64,000 nt of DNA from Selaginella moellendorffii (GCF_000143415.4 NW_003314351.1:290142-354141); one strand, 5' to 3'; positions 11,301 to 24,121 are shown, counted from the first letter of the stretch. Notes: a model not told the origin generated them from the sequence alone. Numbers and translations are program-made.

Positions 11301-13756
11301 GCGGAGGCATCGAAACCAACTCCAGAAGGGGCCGCGGAGGTTGAAGGCAAATGTCCAGAGCAGCTATCGGGTGACCACGCCGAGCAAAAGCAGCAAGAAA
11401 AGATAAAGTGCAGCATCTGTGACGACGAGTTTGCGGAGATGGTGGAGCTCGGCAACCACTGGAAGGCTTCTCATGAGACAGAGGCACACTGGTTCTTGAA
11501 AGGCTATGCCTGCAAGGAATGCAACAAGGAGTTTACGAACAAGTCGAGCCTGGAGAGACACTGTAAGGCCGATCATGAAGCCTTGACGGACGTTCCCGCC
11601 GTTCACATCTGTATCAACTGTGACGAGCAGTTTCCACACTTCGAGGCTCTGTGGGATCACGTGGTGTCGGGACATTCGGATCATCTCAGTGCAATGCCAA
11701 CACTCGCTCTACCAGCTGAGGATCCTGCGGAAGACACGAAGATGCCGGACGACGATCTTGTCACTGCAGAAGAACCATTCCCGGTACTTTCAGATGACAA
11801 CCAGCAAGATTCTCTGGACGACGAAGACTTCATGGACATTCCTAGCTCGGACTACTCGGCTGACGAGATGGAAGCACTCGAGTACCTCGATGGGAACTGC
11901 TACTCTGTAGACAACGACGGCTCGGAGCACAAGTACACCTGCAAGCTGTGCGGGAAAAAATTCCGTGCGCTACCAGACTTGGGCCGGCATCATCAAGCAG
12001 TACACATGTCCTCACACGTTGGGACAATCTCGAAATCGAGAACGGGCGTGACTCAAGGCAACCGTAGTAACCGGAGGCGTGGAAAACTCAGCCAGCATGG
12101 GATGAACTCCATTCTTCGCATCAAGAAGGCACTGCACAGCGTGCAGCAACAGAAGAGCGAGAGATCGGAAGCTGGACGTGGGGCTGCTGCCAAGCTGCCT
12201 GGACCTCCTGGAGATGATGAAATTCTAGCTGCTGCTCGGTCTGCATGCTGCGAGGCACGGTTCTACCGCACTCTGGAAGAACAGTACGACTCAGTCCCCA
12301 AGGGAACGCACGCAAACGCTGTGAAACTGGCTGCCCCGCAGGAGATTGAGTGGGCTCGAGATGGTTTCACTTGTCCTCAAAACTGTACCGTTAGAGCTCC
12401 AGAGCGCACCTCGGAAATGAGGCTGCATGTTTTCCGGAAGGGTGCCGTTGCTGCGTCGGCCAGGAAAAAGAGTGTGGTTCTTTGCGAAGACATAAGCTTC
12501 GGGAAAGAGCGTGTACCGGTTCCTTGTGTGGAGGACGAAGAGACCGATCCCTGCAACTGCTTGCAGTGTAGGGAGGGAAAGTCGTACCACGTCGACTCTC
12601 TAAAACCGTGGGAGACTTTCAGCTACGTCACAGATCGTTTGCTTGATCCGTCTTTGGGACTTGATACGAAGGTTTGTTTATATTGGTTCTCAAGTTCTAA
12701 TTTCTCGGTTTTCTGTTTTTTGTCTTTGTAACTTCCAGGATTCGCAAATCGGCTGTTCTTGCGGACGGGGTCGATGCTCAGCAAGGTCGTGCGATCACGT
12801 GGAAATGTTTGATAGTGATTACGCAGATGCATGTGACATATGGGGAGAAGAAATGCTTCGGAGGTTTCCATACGATGGAGAAGGCCGCATCGTTCTTCAA
12901 GTAAGCGTCATTATTCTACCTAGTAGGATAGCTCATTCGTATCTTGTTTTGCAGGAGGGTTACCTCGTTTACGAGTGCAATACGAGTTGTATGTGCTCCG
13001 AGGAGTGTCCGAATCGTGTTCTTCAGAGAGGTGTAAACGTTAAACTGGAGGTTTTCAAGACGAGGCACAAGGTATTATTTGTTTTCCTCGGTGAAGATGG
13101 ATTAACTAAGTGCCTGTGTTGTCAAAGGGATGGGCTGTGAGGGCCGCTCAAAACATCTCCCGTGGAACGTTTGTTTGCGAGTACCTTGGTGAAGTACTGA
13201 ACGACCAAGAAGCAAATCGGCGAGGGGAAAGGTGATTTTCTTGCAGATCTGGATTCCGGATTTCGTCTTACACTTTGATTGGACAGATACGATCAAGTTG
13301 GTTGTAGCTATCTGTACGACATTGATGTGCACTTAAACACCGGAGGGAGATCTCGAAGGGGACCAAGCAGAGTTCCAAGAATAAAACCGTTTGTTATAGA
13401 TGCAACAAAGCATGGAAACGTTGCGAGGTTTATAAACCACAGGTACTGTGACGGCAATATCGTGGATGCGTTGCTGATTGAATGCTGGCTTTACGCAGTT
13501 GTTCCCCGAACCTTGTAAACTATCAGGTGTTAGTGGAGAGCATGGACTATCAACTCGCGCACATTGGATTATTTGCTAGCCGTGATGTAAGTACCGAGCC
13601 ATGGGTGACAAACGGACCTCCACTAAGTTTTTTTTTTGTTTCTCGCAGATTCTTTGCGGAGAAGAACTATCTTACGACTACAGGTACAAGTTATTACCAG
13701 GGAGGGGTTGCCCGTGCCACTGTGGATCGTCTGGATGCCGAGGAAGGTTGTATTAG
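8385..13756 (+). CDS. SUVR5: Histone-lysine N-methyltransferase SUVR5-like (C2H2 zinc fingers, pre-SET/SET/post-SET)
   Basis: N-terminal ALWVK|WRGKW, CxxCxxxF..L..H fingers, [23 protein letters not shown]...[12 protein letters not shown] motifs GNVARFINH and ELSYDY, post-[18 protein letters not shown]. Confidence 0.93.
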
Positions 13757-13804
13757 TGTTGTAAATATTCACAGAGACCAAAAGAGAAAAGCCTTTTTGA
13801 AACT

Positions 13805-15805
13805 CTAGAGACGAACAAGCTTTTGCTTCGGGACCTCGATGTTCGCCCACAGCACGTAAGTGGAAGCGTCTTTTGGTTCTAACTCGATTGCCTGCCTTGC
13901 AGCTCGAGCGCCACCTCTGCGGTTCTCGCTGCTCCCTCGGCAAGCTCCGAGCAAGCACTGCCAGTCGACAAAGTCTGGAGCGTAAGGCATGGAGCGAATG
14001 AGATCCTCGGCGTCTCTGAGGTAACCAGCCCTGCTAAGTATATCGATCATGCACGAGTAACTTTGTCTGGATGGTGTGACAGAGTGTTCGAACATCGATC
14101 GGAAGCACGACCAGCCAGAAGCAACGTTTCCGTTGTGGTTGCAACCGAGGAGCCAGCAAACGAAAGTCGTCTCGCTCACCTTGGATCCCTCGAGAACCAT
14201 CTCCTGGAAAATCTCCACAGCGCTACTCAGGCGTCCATTGCTTCCAAAAGCTGCAATGAGAGCGTTCCAGGAGATGGGATTGGGCTCCGGCATCAAGCGT
14301 AGCAATTGCCGCGCGTGGTTGAGAAGACCCTTGTTCGCAAACGCGGTGATCATGGCGTTCCAGGTGATTGTATCCCACTCCGGCATTTGGAAAAACAGCG
14401 CTTTTGCTCGATCCAGATCCTTGTTTTGAGCGTGCGCTGCGATCATTGTGTTGTAGGCGACGATACCTCTCTCGGGCATGGAGTGGAAGACGTCCAAGGC
14501 TTCTTCCAGATGCCCGTTCTGGGCATATACCGAGAGCATCACATTCCAGGAGTAGTAGTCCTTGAACTTCATTTCTTCAAAGAGAGCTTTTCCCCTCATG
14601 ACATGACCAGCTTGGCTGAGGGAATACAGCGTGGCATTCCACGTCACCATGCTCACCTCGGGCATTTGCTCCACGAAGCTCTTGGCCTCGTCGACGAGGC
14701 CGAGATGGGTGTAGGCCGAGAGCATCGCGTTCCATGACACGATATCGCGCTCGGGCAATCGATCGAAGATTTTTCTTGCGTTTTGGAGATCACCCTCTTG
14801 AGCGTAGGCGATGAGCAGCCCGTTGCTGGCGATCAGATCGACCTCCGGCATCGAATCGACGATGTTTTTCGTCTCGTCCAAGAGACCCCTTTGCACGCAG
14901 ACGGAGAGGATTGCGTTCCAGGGCACCAGGTTCCGCTCCGGCATCGAATCCAGCAAGAAAAACGCGGTCTCCAGATGCCCGTTTTGGGCATATCCTGTGA
15001 GCAGTGCGCACCATGCAAAAAGATCTCTCTCGGGCATCGAATCAAAAGTTTTCTTCGCATTTTCTATCTTTCCGGCTTGTGCGTACATCGCTAGCATCGC
15101 ATTCCAGGACACTAGATCAGTCTCCGGCATCAAGCGAAAGAGTTTTTCTGCGCTGAAAAACTGCCCGTTTTGGGCAAATGCAGTGATCATCGCGCTCCAG
15201 CAAACCATGTCCCTCTCGGCCATGAATTCAAACACAAGACTAGCTTTTCGAGCATCACCAGATCTTCCGTACGCGGTCAGCATGGCCGTCCACGAGACCC
15301 TGTCCCAAATCGGCATCTCTTTGTAGAGACGCTCGAGCTCTTCCAGATGGCCGGTAAGGGCATATGCCGAAAGCATCGTGTTCCAAAGTGCGAGGCTCTG
15401 CCACTCGGGCTCGCGCAACGAATCAAACAGATTTCTTGCTGCGGCGAGATCGCCGGCGTGGGCGTACGCCGACAGCAACGCATTCGCCGCCACGGGATTG
15501 GCGTGAGGGATCTGGTCGAACAGCGCTTTGGCGCGATCCAGAAACCCGTTTTGGACGTAAGCCGTGAGCATGAGCACCCAGGAGAAGGAGTTCCTTCTGG
15601 GGATTCGATCGAAGAGGGCGCGCGCCTCGTCCACGCTGCCCAATCGCCCATACATCTGGACGAGGAGATTGGCGAGGAAGGCATCCTGGGTGAGGAGATT
15701 CCGGAGGGAGATTTGGATTTGCAAGTGGAGGTCGCGCGCCTGTCCTATGCTACTGCACGATCGAATCAACCCCGCGCACTCGGCCTTGGTCGAGGGGAGA
15801 ATCAT
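13805..15805 (-). CDS. PLS-class PPR protein, SS-motif-rich, with E domain, intronless
   Basis: 666-aa ORF made of tandem 31-aa repeats (MPERDLVSWNAML.AYAQ.G) ending in YSCMIDILSRAG...STYVL. Confidence 0.93.
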   Translation of the reverse strand: MILPSTKAECAGLIRSCSSIGQARDLHLQIQISLRNLLTQDAFLANLLVQMYGRLGSVDEARALFDRIPRRNSFSWVLMLTAYVQNGFLDRAKALFDQIPHANPVAANALLSAYAHAGDLAAARNLFDSLREPEWQSLALWNTMLSAYALTGHLEELERLYKEMPIWDRVSWTAMLTAYGRSGDARKASLVFEFMAERDMVCWSAMITAFAQNGQFFSAEKLFRLMPETDLVSWNAMLAMYAQAGKIENAKKTFDSMPERDLFAWCALLTGYAQNGHLETAFFLLDSMPERNLVPWNAILSVCVQRGLLDETKNIVDSMPEVDLIASNGLLIAYAQEGDLQNARKIFDRLPERDIVSWNAMLSAYTHLGLVDEAKSFVEQMPEVSMVTWNATLYSLSQAGHVMRGKALFEEMKFKDYYSWNVMLSVYAQNGHLEEALDVFHSMPERGIVAYNTMIAAHAQNKDLDRAKALFFQMPEWDTITWNAMITAFANKGLLNHARQLLRLMPEPNPISWNALIAAFGSNGRLSSAVEIFQEMVLEGSKVSETTFVCWLLGCNHNGNVASGWSCFRSMFEHSVTPSRQSYSCMIDILSRAGYLRDAEDLIRSMPYAPDFVDWQCLLGACRGSSENRRGGARAARQAIELEPKDASTYVLWANIEVPKQKLVRL

Positions 15806-15855
15806 TTACCGAATCTTTTTTGAATTTAAATTCAAAGGTTTTTGGGCGCTTGGCT

Positions 15856-16997
15856 ATGGCTTCTCACGCGCAGAATCTCGCGGCTCTGTGGGAGATGGCC
15901 ATCGGCCATGCGACTTCTTTCGGGATCAAGGCCGCGGTTTTTCTTAGAATTCCAGACATTCTCTCCGATTCTTTGGAGAAATCTATGAGCTTGGAAGAAA
16001 TCGCGGCCCGGCTCCAAGGCACAAACATCCAACTAGCCCCTCTTCGTCGTCTCCTCGACTACTTGGTGGTAAAGAAAGTTCTTCTAAAGATTCAATCTCT
16101 GGAAGTTCCAGGCGAATTCAAGTATGGAAGCACCGAGCTCTGCGAGATGCTCACTGAATCGAAGTTTGCTCGGCTGCTCATGCTGCAAGACGAGGTCGTA
16201 ACTTCAGGGTGGCATCACATACACGAATTCATACTTCACGGTGGCGAGGTCCCCTTCCAGAGAGCCCAAGGGATGTTTATCTGGGAGTACATGGAGAAAA
16301 ATCCAGAGTTTCTGGGGCTTTTTAGCCAGGGAATGGTGGCCATCTCCAATGTTACCATGGACTCGGTTCTACAAACTTATCATGGTTTTGATGAGATTAG
16401 AGGAGTTTTAGTGGATGCGGGAGGAGGTTTTGGAGCCGATATTGGCAGGGTTATGGAAAAGTATCCCCACATTGCTGGTGTGAATTATGAGCTTCCTCAT
16501 GTTGCCCACGCTGCTCCAGCCATTCCAGGTAAAAAAATATATACATCTTTTTGAAAATAATTTTATATTTCTAAAGGTGTGAGGCATGTTCGTGGTGACA
16601 TGATGGAAAACATTCCACCAGCTGATGCAATTCTCCTCAAAGTAAGGAACTCTCATAGGATATCAACTTTGATCTCTCTTTTTGATTATAGACTATACTA
16701 CATGACTTTGACGATGACGAAGTGATTCTTGTTCTCCAAAACTGCTACAAGGCACTTCCCCATGGAGGAAAGCTGATAATTGTTGACATTGACATGGATC
16801 CAGCAGAAAGAGGACCATTCGAATCACTCAAATTTGCATTCGACTTGGTCCTCTTGGCCCTCACCAAAGGAGGCAAAGAGAGAACAAGCGTGCAGTTCAT
16901 AGAGCTCCTCACTCAAGCACAGTTTAGTAACATCAAAACTATAGGTGATGTGAATTGTCTCTGCTCTATAGTGGAGGCTCATAAGCTCGAGACTTAG
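15856..16997 (+). CDS. Class I plant O-methyltransferase (COMT-like family), 3 exons
   Basis: Dimerisation-type N-terminus, SAM motifs LVDAGGGFG and VRGDMMENIPPADAILLK, catalytic-His segment TILHDFDDDEVILVLQNCYKALP, and GGKERT. Confidence 0.9.
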
Positions 16998-17045
16998 TGA
17001 GACTTAAAAGGAAAACTTTTATTATGCTTTTCACTCAATTATCAA

Positions 17046-18431
17046 TCATACCGTGAGGAAGTCTTCTAGTTTGGCCATCTTTTCAAACTCCATACCCATA
17101 AACACGTCCAGTCCGCCATCTCCCATACAGTTGGACAGCAAAACCACATATTCTTTCCTGTCATGCACGGCTGACGTAACGTAGTCCGGGTTCCCCCATC
17201 CAAAATCAAGCTTGTGAAAGGCCAACTTCGACCATGGTGTGATGATCATGCCACCTGGCAAGTCAATGAAGCCATGCCTGCCCTCGCACCAATCCATTAC
17301 TGACCGCACATATTCCTCCGTTCCACGCCTAATGGCTGCTTGGACCTTTCGTACGCACAACGACAATGTTGCGTTGCAAAGATCCTCTACTGTGGTGTCG
17401 CAGGAGGGAGCAGCCACCACCGCGTTTCCAACGAAGTCCTTCGGAAAATTTTTTACCTTGTGACGAACGTTTACAACCACAAAGAGGTTCGCCACCTTTG
17501 TTGTTGCATGGGAGTCATGCGAGGCTTTTGCTCGTGCCTGCCAGATATGGGCTGTCAAAGCTTCGAAAGATGAGCATCTGGCTATAGTGCCATCCGACAG
17601 CGCCTTTTTCTTTAATGAATCCAGCATGGCGGGCGTGAAGGAGAATAACTTAAAAGAGAACCCCGGGAGGAGAGATTTAGAAGGGTGATAGTGCGCTGGG
17701 CTGAAGATCAACTTGGCTGGGACATCAGGCATCGAAACGAGCTCGGGGTGATCGAGCGTTGGTCGGGGTGGATTTGAGCTGCGAAAGACGGAGCGATCAA
17801 GATTGAGGGTCATCGTCGCTGGGTTGAGATCCCCTCTTGCAGTTCTTGCAATGGCATCGTAAAACTCGCAGCCAGCGGTTCCATCAAAGATCGCATGGCT
17901 TGCTAAAATACCAACAATGAATCCTCCACATATGAATCTGGTAACCTGCAAGGTTGATGCAACTTATAAGTGGAAGTAACGGAAGTTCATCCAAGAAGAA
18001 ACACTTACTTGGATCGTTACGAGCGGAACGTCGCAGATTTCCGTGGGCATTTCGGTAGGAAAAACGAGAAAGTTTCTCGCGCTTGGATTTGGCATTCGGA
18101 GGTCTCCAGCGTCACGAATCGTGGACGAGCAGCTCGCACTGGCAAACAAGACTCCAGCCCCGTTGCAGTCGAGCTCAACTCGGCCTTGCTCCTCGTTCAC
18201 TCGGATCCTTCCGGCCACAAAGTAGTACGGGACGAGAACCTGTTGCAGAGCATCTCGCACGACATGGGCAACGTTTCGGGTGGAACCCGGGGAGTCGACT
18301 TTGTAGGAGAAGAGCATTTCTACTGGGAAGAAGAGCTGCTGCTCGAGATTGTGGAGGAAGAGAGTGGTGCAAGGAGTGGAGATGGGAGGCTTCAAAACAG
18401 AAACCTCTTCTACAAAAACATGCTGACCCAT
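17046..18431 (-). CDS. BAHD acyltransferase (HHT/ASFT-like clade), 2 exons
   Basis: LVPYYFVAGRI, the conserved Q intron at TIQ|VTRFICGGF, HXXXD (HAIFDG) and DFGWG. Confidence 0.92.
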
Positions 18432-19142
18432 TTCTTTCTCGATGGCAAAGAGTGTGATTTTGCTGGCTCTTTTATAGGTTGATTTTCTATACAACCTTCC
18501 TAGAGTATGTAACTTGACAAACTTACGGAGAACTTGTGGCCATAAGCTGGACACGACATTGGAGAACATGTACAAATCATTTCAGCCTGTAAATCACCCA
18601 TGATGTTCATCACATCCCTCTCTACCAGAGCTTCACAGTTTGAGGACCCCCACATTGTGGCACGTCTTCCTCACGTAGTCAAAATCCAGCCTTTGCCATT
18701 GACAAATGAGCATGCTCTTGCAGAAGCCGAGTAGCCAATCTAGCATTGCTCGTTCTTCACACCTAATAAGAATATGAGTGTCGGTGCACGATAAAAGTAC
18801 ATCTCTAAGTACGGTTTATCATTATAAATAATTTAGCATTATCTTTCTTCAAGTTTAAATTCTTTTATTTGCTGTATTCAAAGCTCTATGAATTGTGATA
18901 TTCCCAGCCACAAAGTAGAAGGATAACAGTGGTCACCAGAGGGCACTGGAAACAAAAGCGGCAAACACAAATCTATATGAAGAAACAGTAAGGAACAGTA
19001 TTTGGGACGTGCAAAGTATTTTATTGTGCCTTCCGTGAAATCTAGAGGAGTCGCCTGGACGATAGTTCTATAGTTCTATCCTTGGTAGATAATGCCACCT
19101 AAATCTTTGGAAATTTAGGACAAGCCAAGCAATCACACTCAA

Positions 19143-20000
19143 ACAATGAGGAAGTCTTCCAGTTTGCCCATTTTCTTAAAACTCATGCCCATAAACACGT
19201 CCACTCCTCCATCTTCCTTGCAATTTTACAGAAAAACCATGTATTATTTTCCGTCATGCACAATTGTAACATAATACAGCATCCCATATGGCTGACCGGA
19301 AAAACTCCTCGGACGTACCATGGCCAATGGCTGCTTGGATCTTCCGTACGCACAACGGCGTTGCAAAGCTCCTCAACCCTGGTGTCCCAGCACCGAGCAG
19401 ACACCGCATTTCCAACGTAATTCTTTGGTAGATTTGCCATCGTGTGACCAACATTTGTAAACAGCCACAAAGAGGTTCGCCACCTTTTCTTTTGTTGTTG
19501 TTGGACGAGGTTTTTGTCTGTGCCTTCCAGACATGGGCCGCCAATGCTTCAAAAGACGAGCATCTGGCGATGGTGCCATCGCACAGTGCCTTTTTCTTGA
19601 AAGAATGGATGGTGGGCGTGAAGGAGAATAATTTAAATGCGAAACCTGAGTGGAGCGATTTGGAATGATGGTAGTGCGCTGGGTGGAACATCAGGCATTG
19701 GAACGAGCTCCTGGTCACTGAGTGTTGGATCATTTGTGCCGCAAAAGATGGTGCGATCGGAATTGACGTCGACGGAATGAGATCCCCTCTTACAGTTCTG
19801 GAGATAGCGTCGTAAAACTCACAGCCAGAGTTTCCGTCAAAGATTGCATGACTTGAGGAAATACCAACGATGAATCCACCACATAAGAATCTGGTAACCT
19901 GTAATTTTCATGTTTTTGGAGTAGATCAAGACCAAGAACTTACTTGAATCTGGTTCGTGGAGTGGAACTCGGAGGTTTGACAAGAACACAAGAACCCATT
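19143..20000 (-). pseudogene. Tandem-duplicate BAHD pseudogene
   Basis: Recognisable paralogue of 17046-18431 (VTRFLCGGFIVGISSSHAIFDG; DGTIARCSSFEALAAHVW) with frameshifts, loss of the DFGWG segment and most of exon 1 deleted. Confidence 0.85.
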
Positions 20001-20183
20001 TTTCTCTCTCGAAAAATTCTTGTAGATACTGACTCTTTTATTATGATAAAATTAGGATATTACGCTCATGATGTTATTATGATTCTTCTACTTTGGGCAG
20101 TGAAACTTATACTATAAAAACACATTATCTCCAAGATCTTTTCTACACTTTTATCAACAGATCAAGCTCATGCTCTCAATACC

Positions 20184-22277
20184 ATGATGGGCACAGATCA
20201 CGCCGTACGAAGCCTGATAAACTCTTGTACAGAACTCTCACAAGCGCAAGAAATACACTCCCGCATTGCCCATCCCGACCGATTCACCCTCAACATTCTC
20301 GTCCAGATGTACGGCAGGTGTGCGAGTGTCGAAAATGCCCGCCGAATCTTCAATGAGATTCGACCGAAGAATCCATTCTCGTGGGTAATGATGATCTGCG
20401 CGTATACCAGAAATGGACATCTCAAAGAAGCGCAAAAACTCTTTGATGGGATGGATCAGAGAGACTTAGTAGCATGGAATGCCATGCTAGCTGCATATGC
20501 CCAAAGAGGGTACTTAGAGGAATCCATAAGAATCTTTGATTCAATGCCCGAGCACGACCACTTTTCTTGGAACTCAATCCTTTCAGTCTATATGGTGAAC
20601 TCAAAGGTACTGGAATCAGAAAGAATATTTAGACTTATGCCACAGAGGGATATTGTTTCGTGGACAACTATGCTTGGAGCACATACGCGGTCTGGACATT
20701 TGGAAGAGGTCAAGAACTTCTTTGACAAAATGCCTGAGAGAAACTTGGTGTCGTGGAACACAATGCTATCGTTATATGCCCAAGGCGGACATGTCTCGGA
20801 AGCAAAAATATTGCTTCACGCTTTTCCCGAAAGTGATGTTGTATCCTGGAATGCAATGCTTTTTCTCTATGCCCATGAAGGGAATCTGGAAGAAACCGAG
20901 CACATTTTTTACAGTCGGATGCTTGAGTGGGACGTAATTTCATGGAACACGATGCTCACGGGATATGCGCAGAACGAGCATATGGAAAAGGCCAAGAGAC
21001 TCTTCTCCTTGATTCCAGAAAAGAACATTGTCTCTTACAATGCAATGCTGTCTGCTTATGATCTCAACCTTACTGGTAGCAGCTGCATCGAGGAAGCCAC
21101 CAGTCTGTTTGATCGAATGCAAGAGTGGGATATTGTCTCTTGGAACACTCTCCTTGCTACGTATGCCCGGAGAGGACATACTGATCGAGCTAAAGAAGTC
21201 TTTGACAGAATCCCACAGAAAAACTTGGTCTCGTATAACACTTTGCTCAATGGATATGCCCAAAACGGGCATGTCGATCTCGCTAACTCTCTACTCAACT
21301 CAATGCCAGAGAGGGACGTGGTGTCATGGGATTGCATGCTCTCGGCATACGCACACGCAGGGAAAGTTGGCGATGCAAAGGCCCTCTTTGATCAAATGGA
21401 AACAAAAGATATCGTCTCCTGGAACTCAATGCTGTCTGCATATGCCCAAAACGGCCGTCTGGAGGAAGCAAAGAGCTTATTTGATCAGATGGAAGATAAA
21501 AACCTGGTAAGTTACGACGCAATGTTCTCAGCATTCCTTGGTGGCGGCTACATTGAAGAGGCAAAGCTAATGTTTGACTTAATTGAAAACCGGGACGTAG
21601 TTTCGTATAACTCAATGGTGGCGGCATTTGCCAGAAGCGGGGATCTTGACGAGGCTAAGGCCGTGTTTCATGACATACCGTACAAAAATGTGGCATCTTG
21701 GAACGCGATTCTCTCGGCATATACCCAGCGTGGACTGGTCAACGAAGCAAAGAAGCTGTGGATCCAAATGCCGGAGCTGGACACGATTTCTTGCAATGCG
21801 ATGTTGGCTCTGTACGCTCACCACGGCAGCGAGTACGAATATGCCACGCATCTCCTACATTCCATGAAGATGAGCTCCATTCCACTGGACGAAACCTCCT
21901 TCCTTTGCGTGCTAGTTTCGATCAGCCGCACCGGGGATGTTGGATCTGGGCGATCGTGCTTCGCGTCCATGGTTTCGGATTTCGGGATGGCCACGCCCGG
22001 GAAGAAGATCTACTGCTGTTTAGTCGATCTGCTGGGTCGCGCGGGGCACTTGCGAGACGCACACGATCTCGTCGCGAGCATGCCCTTTGTTCCCGACAGT
22101 GTGGATTGGAAGTGCTTGCTGGGATCGTGCAGGAGCCACGACAACAGCCGCGGAGGGAGCGTGGCGGCGTCACAGGCCATGCTTGCCGATCCCCAAAACT
22201 CTGCTCCTTACGTGCTTTTGGCGAGCATTCACCATCGTACGGAAGTGAAAGACTCAGTCAAAGATGGTCTTGTATGA
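20184..22277 (+). CDS. PLS-class PPR protein, SS-motif-rich, with E domain, intronless
   Basis: 697-aa ORF of 31-aa repeats ending in YCCLVDLLGRAG...APYVLLASI. Confidence 0.93.
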   Translation: MMGTDHAVRSLINSCTELSQAQEIHSRIAHPDRFTLNILVQMYGRCASVENARRIFNEIRPKNPFSWVMMICAYTRNGHLKEAQKLFDGMDQRDLVAWNAMLAAYAQRGYLEESIRIFDSMPEHDHFSWNSILSVYMVNSKVLESERIFRLMPQRDIVSWTTMLGAHTRSGHLEEVKNFFDKMPERNLVSWNTMLSLYAQGGHVSEAKILLHAFPESDVVSWNAMLFLYAHEGNLEETEHIFYSRMLEWDVISWNTMLTGYAQNEHMEKAKRLFSLIPEKNIVSYNAMLSAYDLNLTGSSCIEEATSLFDRMQEWDIVSWNTLLATYARRGHTDRAKEVFDRIPQKNLVSYNTLLNGYAQNGHVDLANSLLNSMPERDVVSWDCMLSAYAHAGKVGDAKALFDQMETKDIVSWNSMLSAYAQNGRLEEAKSLFDQMEDKNLVSYDAMFSAFLGGGYIEEAKLMFDLIENRDVVSYNSMVAAFARSGDLDEAKAVFHDIPYKNVASWNAILSAYTQRGLVNEAKKLWIQMPELDTISCNAMLALYAHHGSEYEYATHLLHSMKMSSIPLDETSFLCVLVSISRTGDVGSGRSCFASMVSDFGMATPGKKIYCCLVDLLGRAGHLRDAHDLVASMPFVPDSVDWKCLLGSCRSHDNSRGGSVAASQAMLADPQNSAPYVLLASIHHRTEVKDSVKDGLV

Positions 22278-22987
22278 TCAGTCTGGAGGTTTTGATCTGA
22301 TGGGAAGAACTGAGGTTGTGGGCGATCCCAAAACTTCTCTAGCGGTGATCAATCTTGCGGATTTGTAACTTTCTCTGTTTTGTGCAATAGATCTAGACTG
22401 AGTCGAAACGAAAAGCATGCGAGAATCTAGTGACTAATGTGAGCAAAACCACAGCGCAAGAGGGGATTGCTTGGATCATCAGAAAGCCTTTTTGTCAGAG
22501 ACAAGTTAATCTCTGTCCGCATCAAGTCGACTACAAAAACATCATCTGATCCAAAACCAAAGCACCAAAAAGGAAAAATCTGTCCCAGACTTTGTGTAGA
22601 GCCTCTCAAACGCATCAAAGCACCGTCGCAAGAAGCTCGGATTGTAGGCTGGATCGACTGTGGCTGGATCTGGCACGGCACGGCACTGCGCCGCCACTGT
22701 CGTGTTGTGAACTCCAGCAATGCGATAAAACGAAGAACATGGAGAGGAAGAAAATTTAGTGGAGGCTAGGGCTCCATGGTTTTAAAACCTTAGGTTATCA
22801 AAAATCCACCCCGGGTATCGAACCCGAGTGCTCCTCGCAAGCATATACCCGACATATTCGACTTCTACCAAACCACACAAACTAGAGAGAAGTGGAGAGA
22901 AGACTTTCCATTATTTAAGCAGAGCATGCTTGGTCTTTCTCGAAGCGCGCGTGATCACAAGGAGTTCTCCATCGAAAATCTGTAAGA

Positions 22988-23482
22988 ATGCTCGCCTCTC
23001 CACCCCTGATCCACTGCTGGGCAGTCGCAATTCTCGTCTGGATCGCTGCTGCCGCTGCCAAGGACACGAGCCTCCGCTTCTACATGCACGACAACATGAC
23101 TCCTCCAAACCAGAGCGTCGTCATGGTCGCGGGGCCTGGAACCGCGGGCTTCGGCACCGTGAGCGTCATCGATGATCCGCTCACTCAGGGGGCCGACGCA
23201 TCGTCTCCGGCGATTGGAAGGGGCCAGGGGACTTGGATCGTCGCGTCCATGGACGGGAGGAGCTTGCTCCTCACTTTCAGTGCCGTGTTCCAGACGGGCG
23301 ACTTCAAGGGGAGCACGCTGAGCTTCCACGGATCCGACGACACCTCGGAGGCTGTCCGGGAGATCGCTGTTATCGGAGGAACCGGCCAGTTTCGCAATGC
23401 TCGGGGCTACGCTACCATCAAGACCGCGTCCGCCAGTGGTGGTTCAGTCATCCTGGAGATCGATGTCAAGGTAAGTCACTGA
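22988..23482 (+). CDS. Dirigent protein (secreted), intronless
   Basis: Signal peptide followed by LRFYMHD, FGTVSVIDDPLT, IGRGQG, GSTLSFHG and REIAVIGGTGQFRNARGYA. Confidence 0.93.
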   Translation: MLASPPLIHCWAVAILVWIAAAAAKDTSLRFYMHDNMTPPNQSVVMVAGPGTAGFGTVSVIDDPLTQGADASSPAIGRGQGTWIVASMDGRSLLLTFSAVFQTGDFKGSTLSFHGSDDTSEAVREIAVIGGTGQFRNARGYATIKTASASGGSVILEIDVKVSH

Positions 23483-23544
23483 TTGGAAAGCTCTAGCACA
23501 GATCTTCGTCATCAAGAAAACCATTCACTCTCATTCTTTGCACT

Positions 23545-24121
23545 CTAATTAATCGAAGTTACCTGTTTTTCCTGGCTCGCGTCTTCGTTTCTATCAGACT
23601 CCAGTGACTTTTCTGTCCCGAAAGTTAGCATTTTCTCAAGAACCACTTGAAAAGGTTACCAGAATTTTCAGAAGAGAGCAGTCGTCTCACATCCTTGAGT
23701 AGTCGAGCACTAGCAAGAAAAAGAAGTCGTTAAGAATCTCTTTTCCGGAAGAAGGAAAACCATACTTTTGAACGGCACTGTCAAGGCAAGTATCGAGAGA
23801 AATCACAACTGCTGGCATTTGGTGCAAAAGCTGGAAAAGACTGTTAGCTCGAAAGAAAAAATCGACCTTCGAGGACTTACAGAACCTGTGTTCCTGATGC
23901 TCGGTAGCTTTGCCGACAAATCCCTTGGCAGCCTTTCTAAGCTCTGCAGAATTTGCAAGAAATCATCGCTAATCGAGCCAAAGCTTGCGAACCTTGCACG
24001 GCGACGAATCGTGAAGCAGCCGCATCACATTGAGCGTCGCCAGAGCGCACTGCGCGACAGGATCGAGCGCCGAATCATTCGCCGGCGCTGCCACCGCCCC
24101 ACTCGCTGGTGCCATCGCCAT
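23545..24121 (-). CDS. TOM2B: TOM2B-like protein (tobamovirus multiplication 2B family), about 5 short exons; absent from the ORF track
   Basis: Manual splice gives MAMAPASGAVAAPANDSALDPVAQCALATLNVMRLLHDSSPCK|SLERLPRDLSAKLPSIRNTGS|LLHQMPAVVISLDTCLDS..., matching the remembered TOM2B pattern (SNLLHLM.QSSP..L.KLPKNLLAK....TGQVL.QLP.VISSLD). Confidence 0.72.

Noticed and set aside
15856-16997. The known Selaginella COMT-F5H syringyl-lignin gene pair
   Set aside because: The divergent neighbour is a PPR gene, not a P450, and the only P450 in the window is CYP86-clan.
22427-22769. Short ORFs between the PPR and dirigent genes
   Set aside because: No recognisable motif or splice structure.
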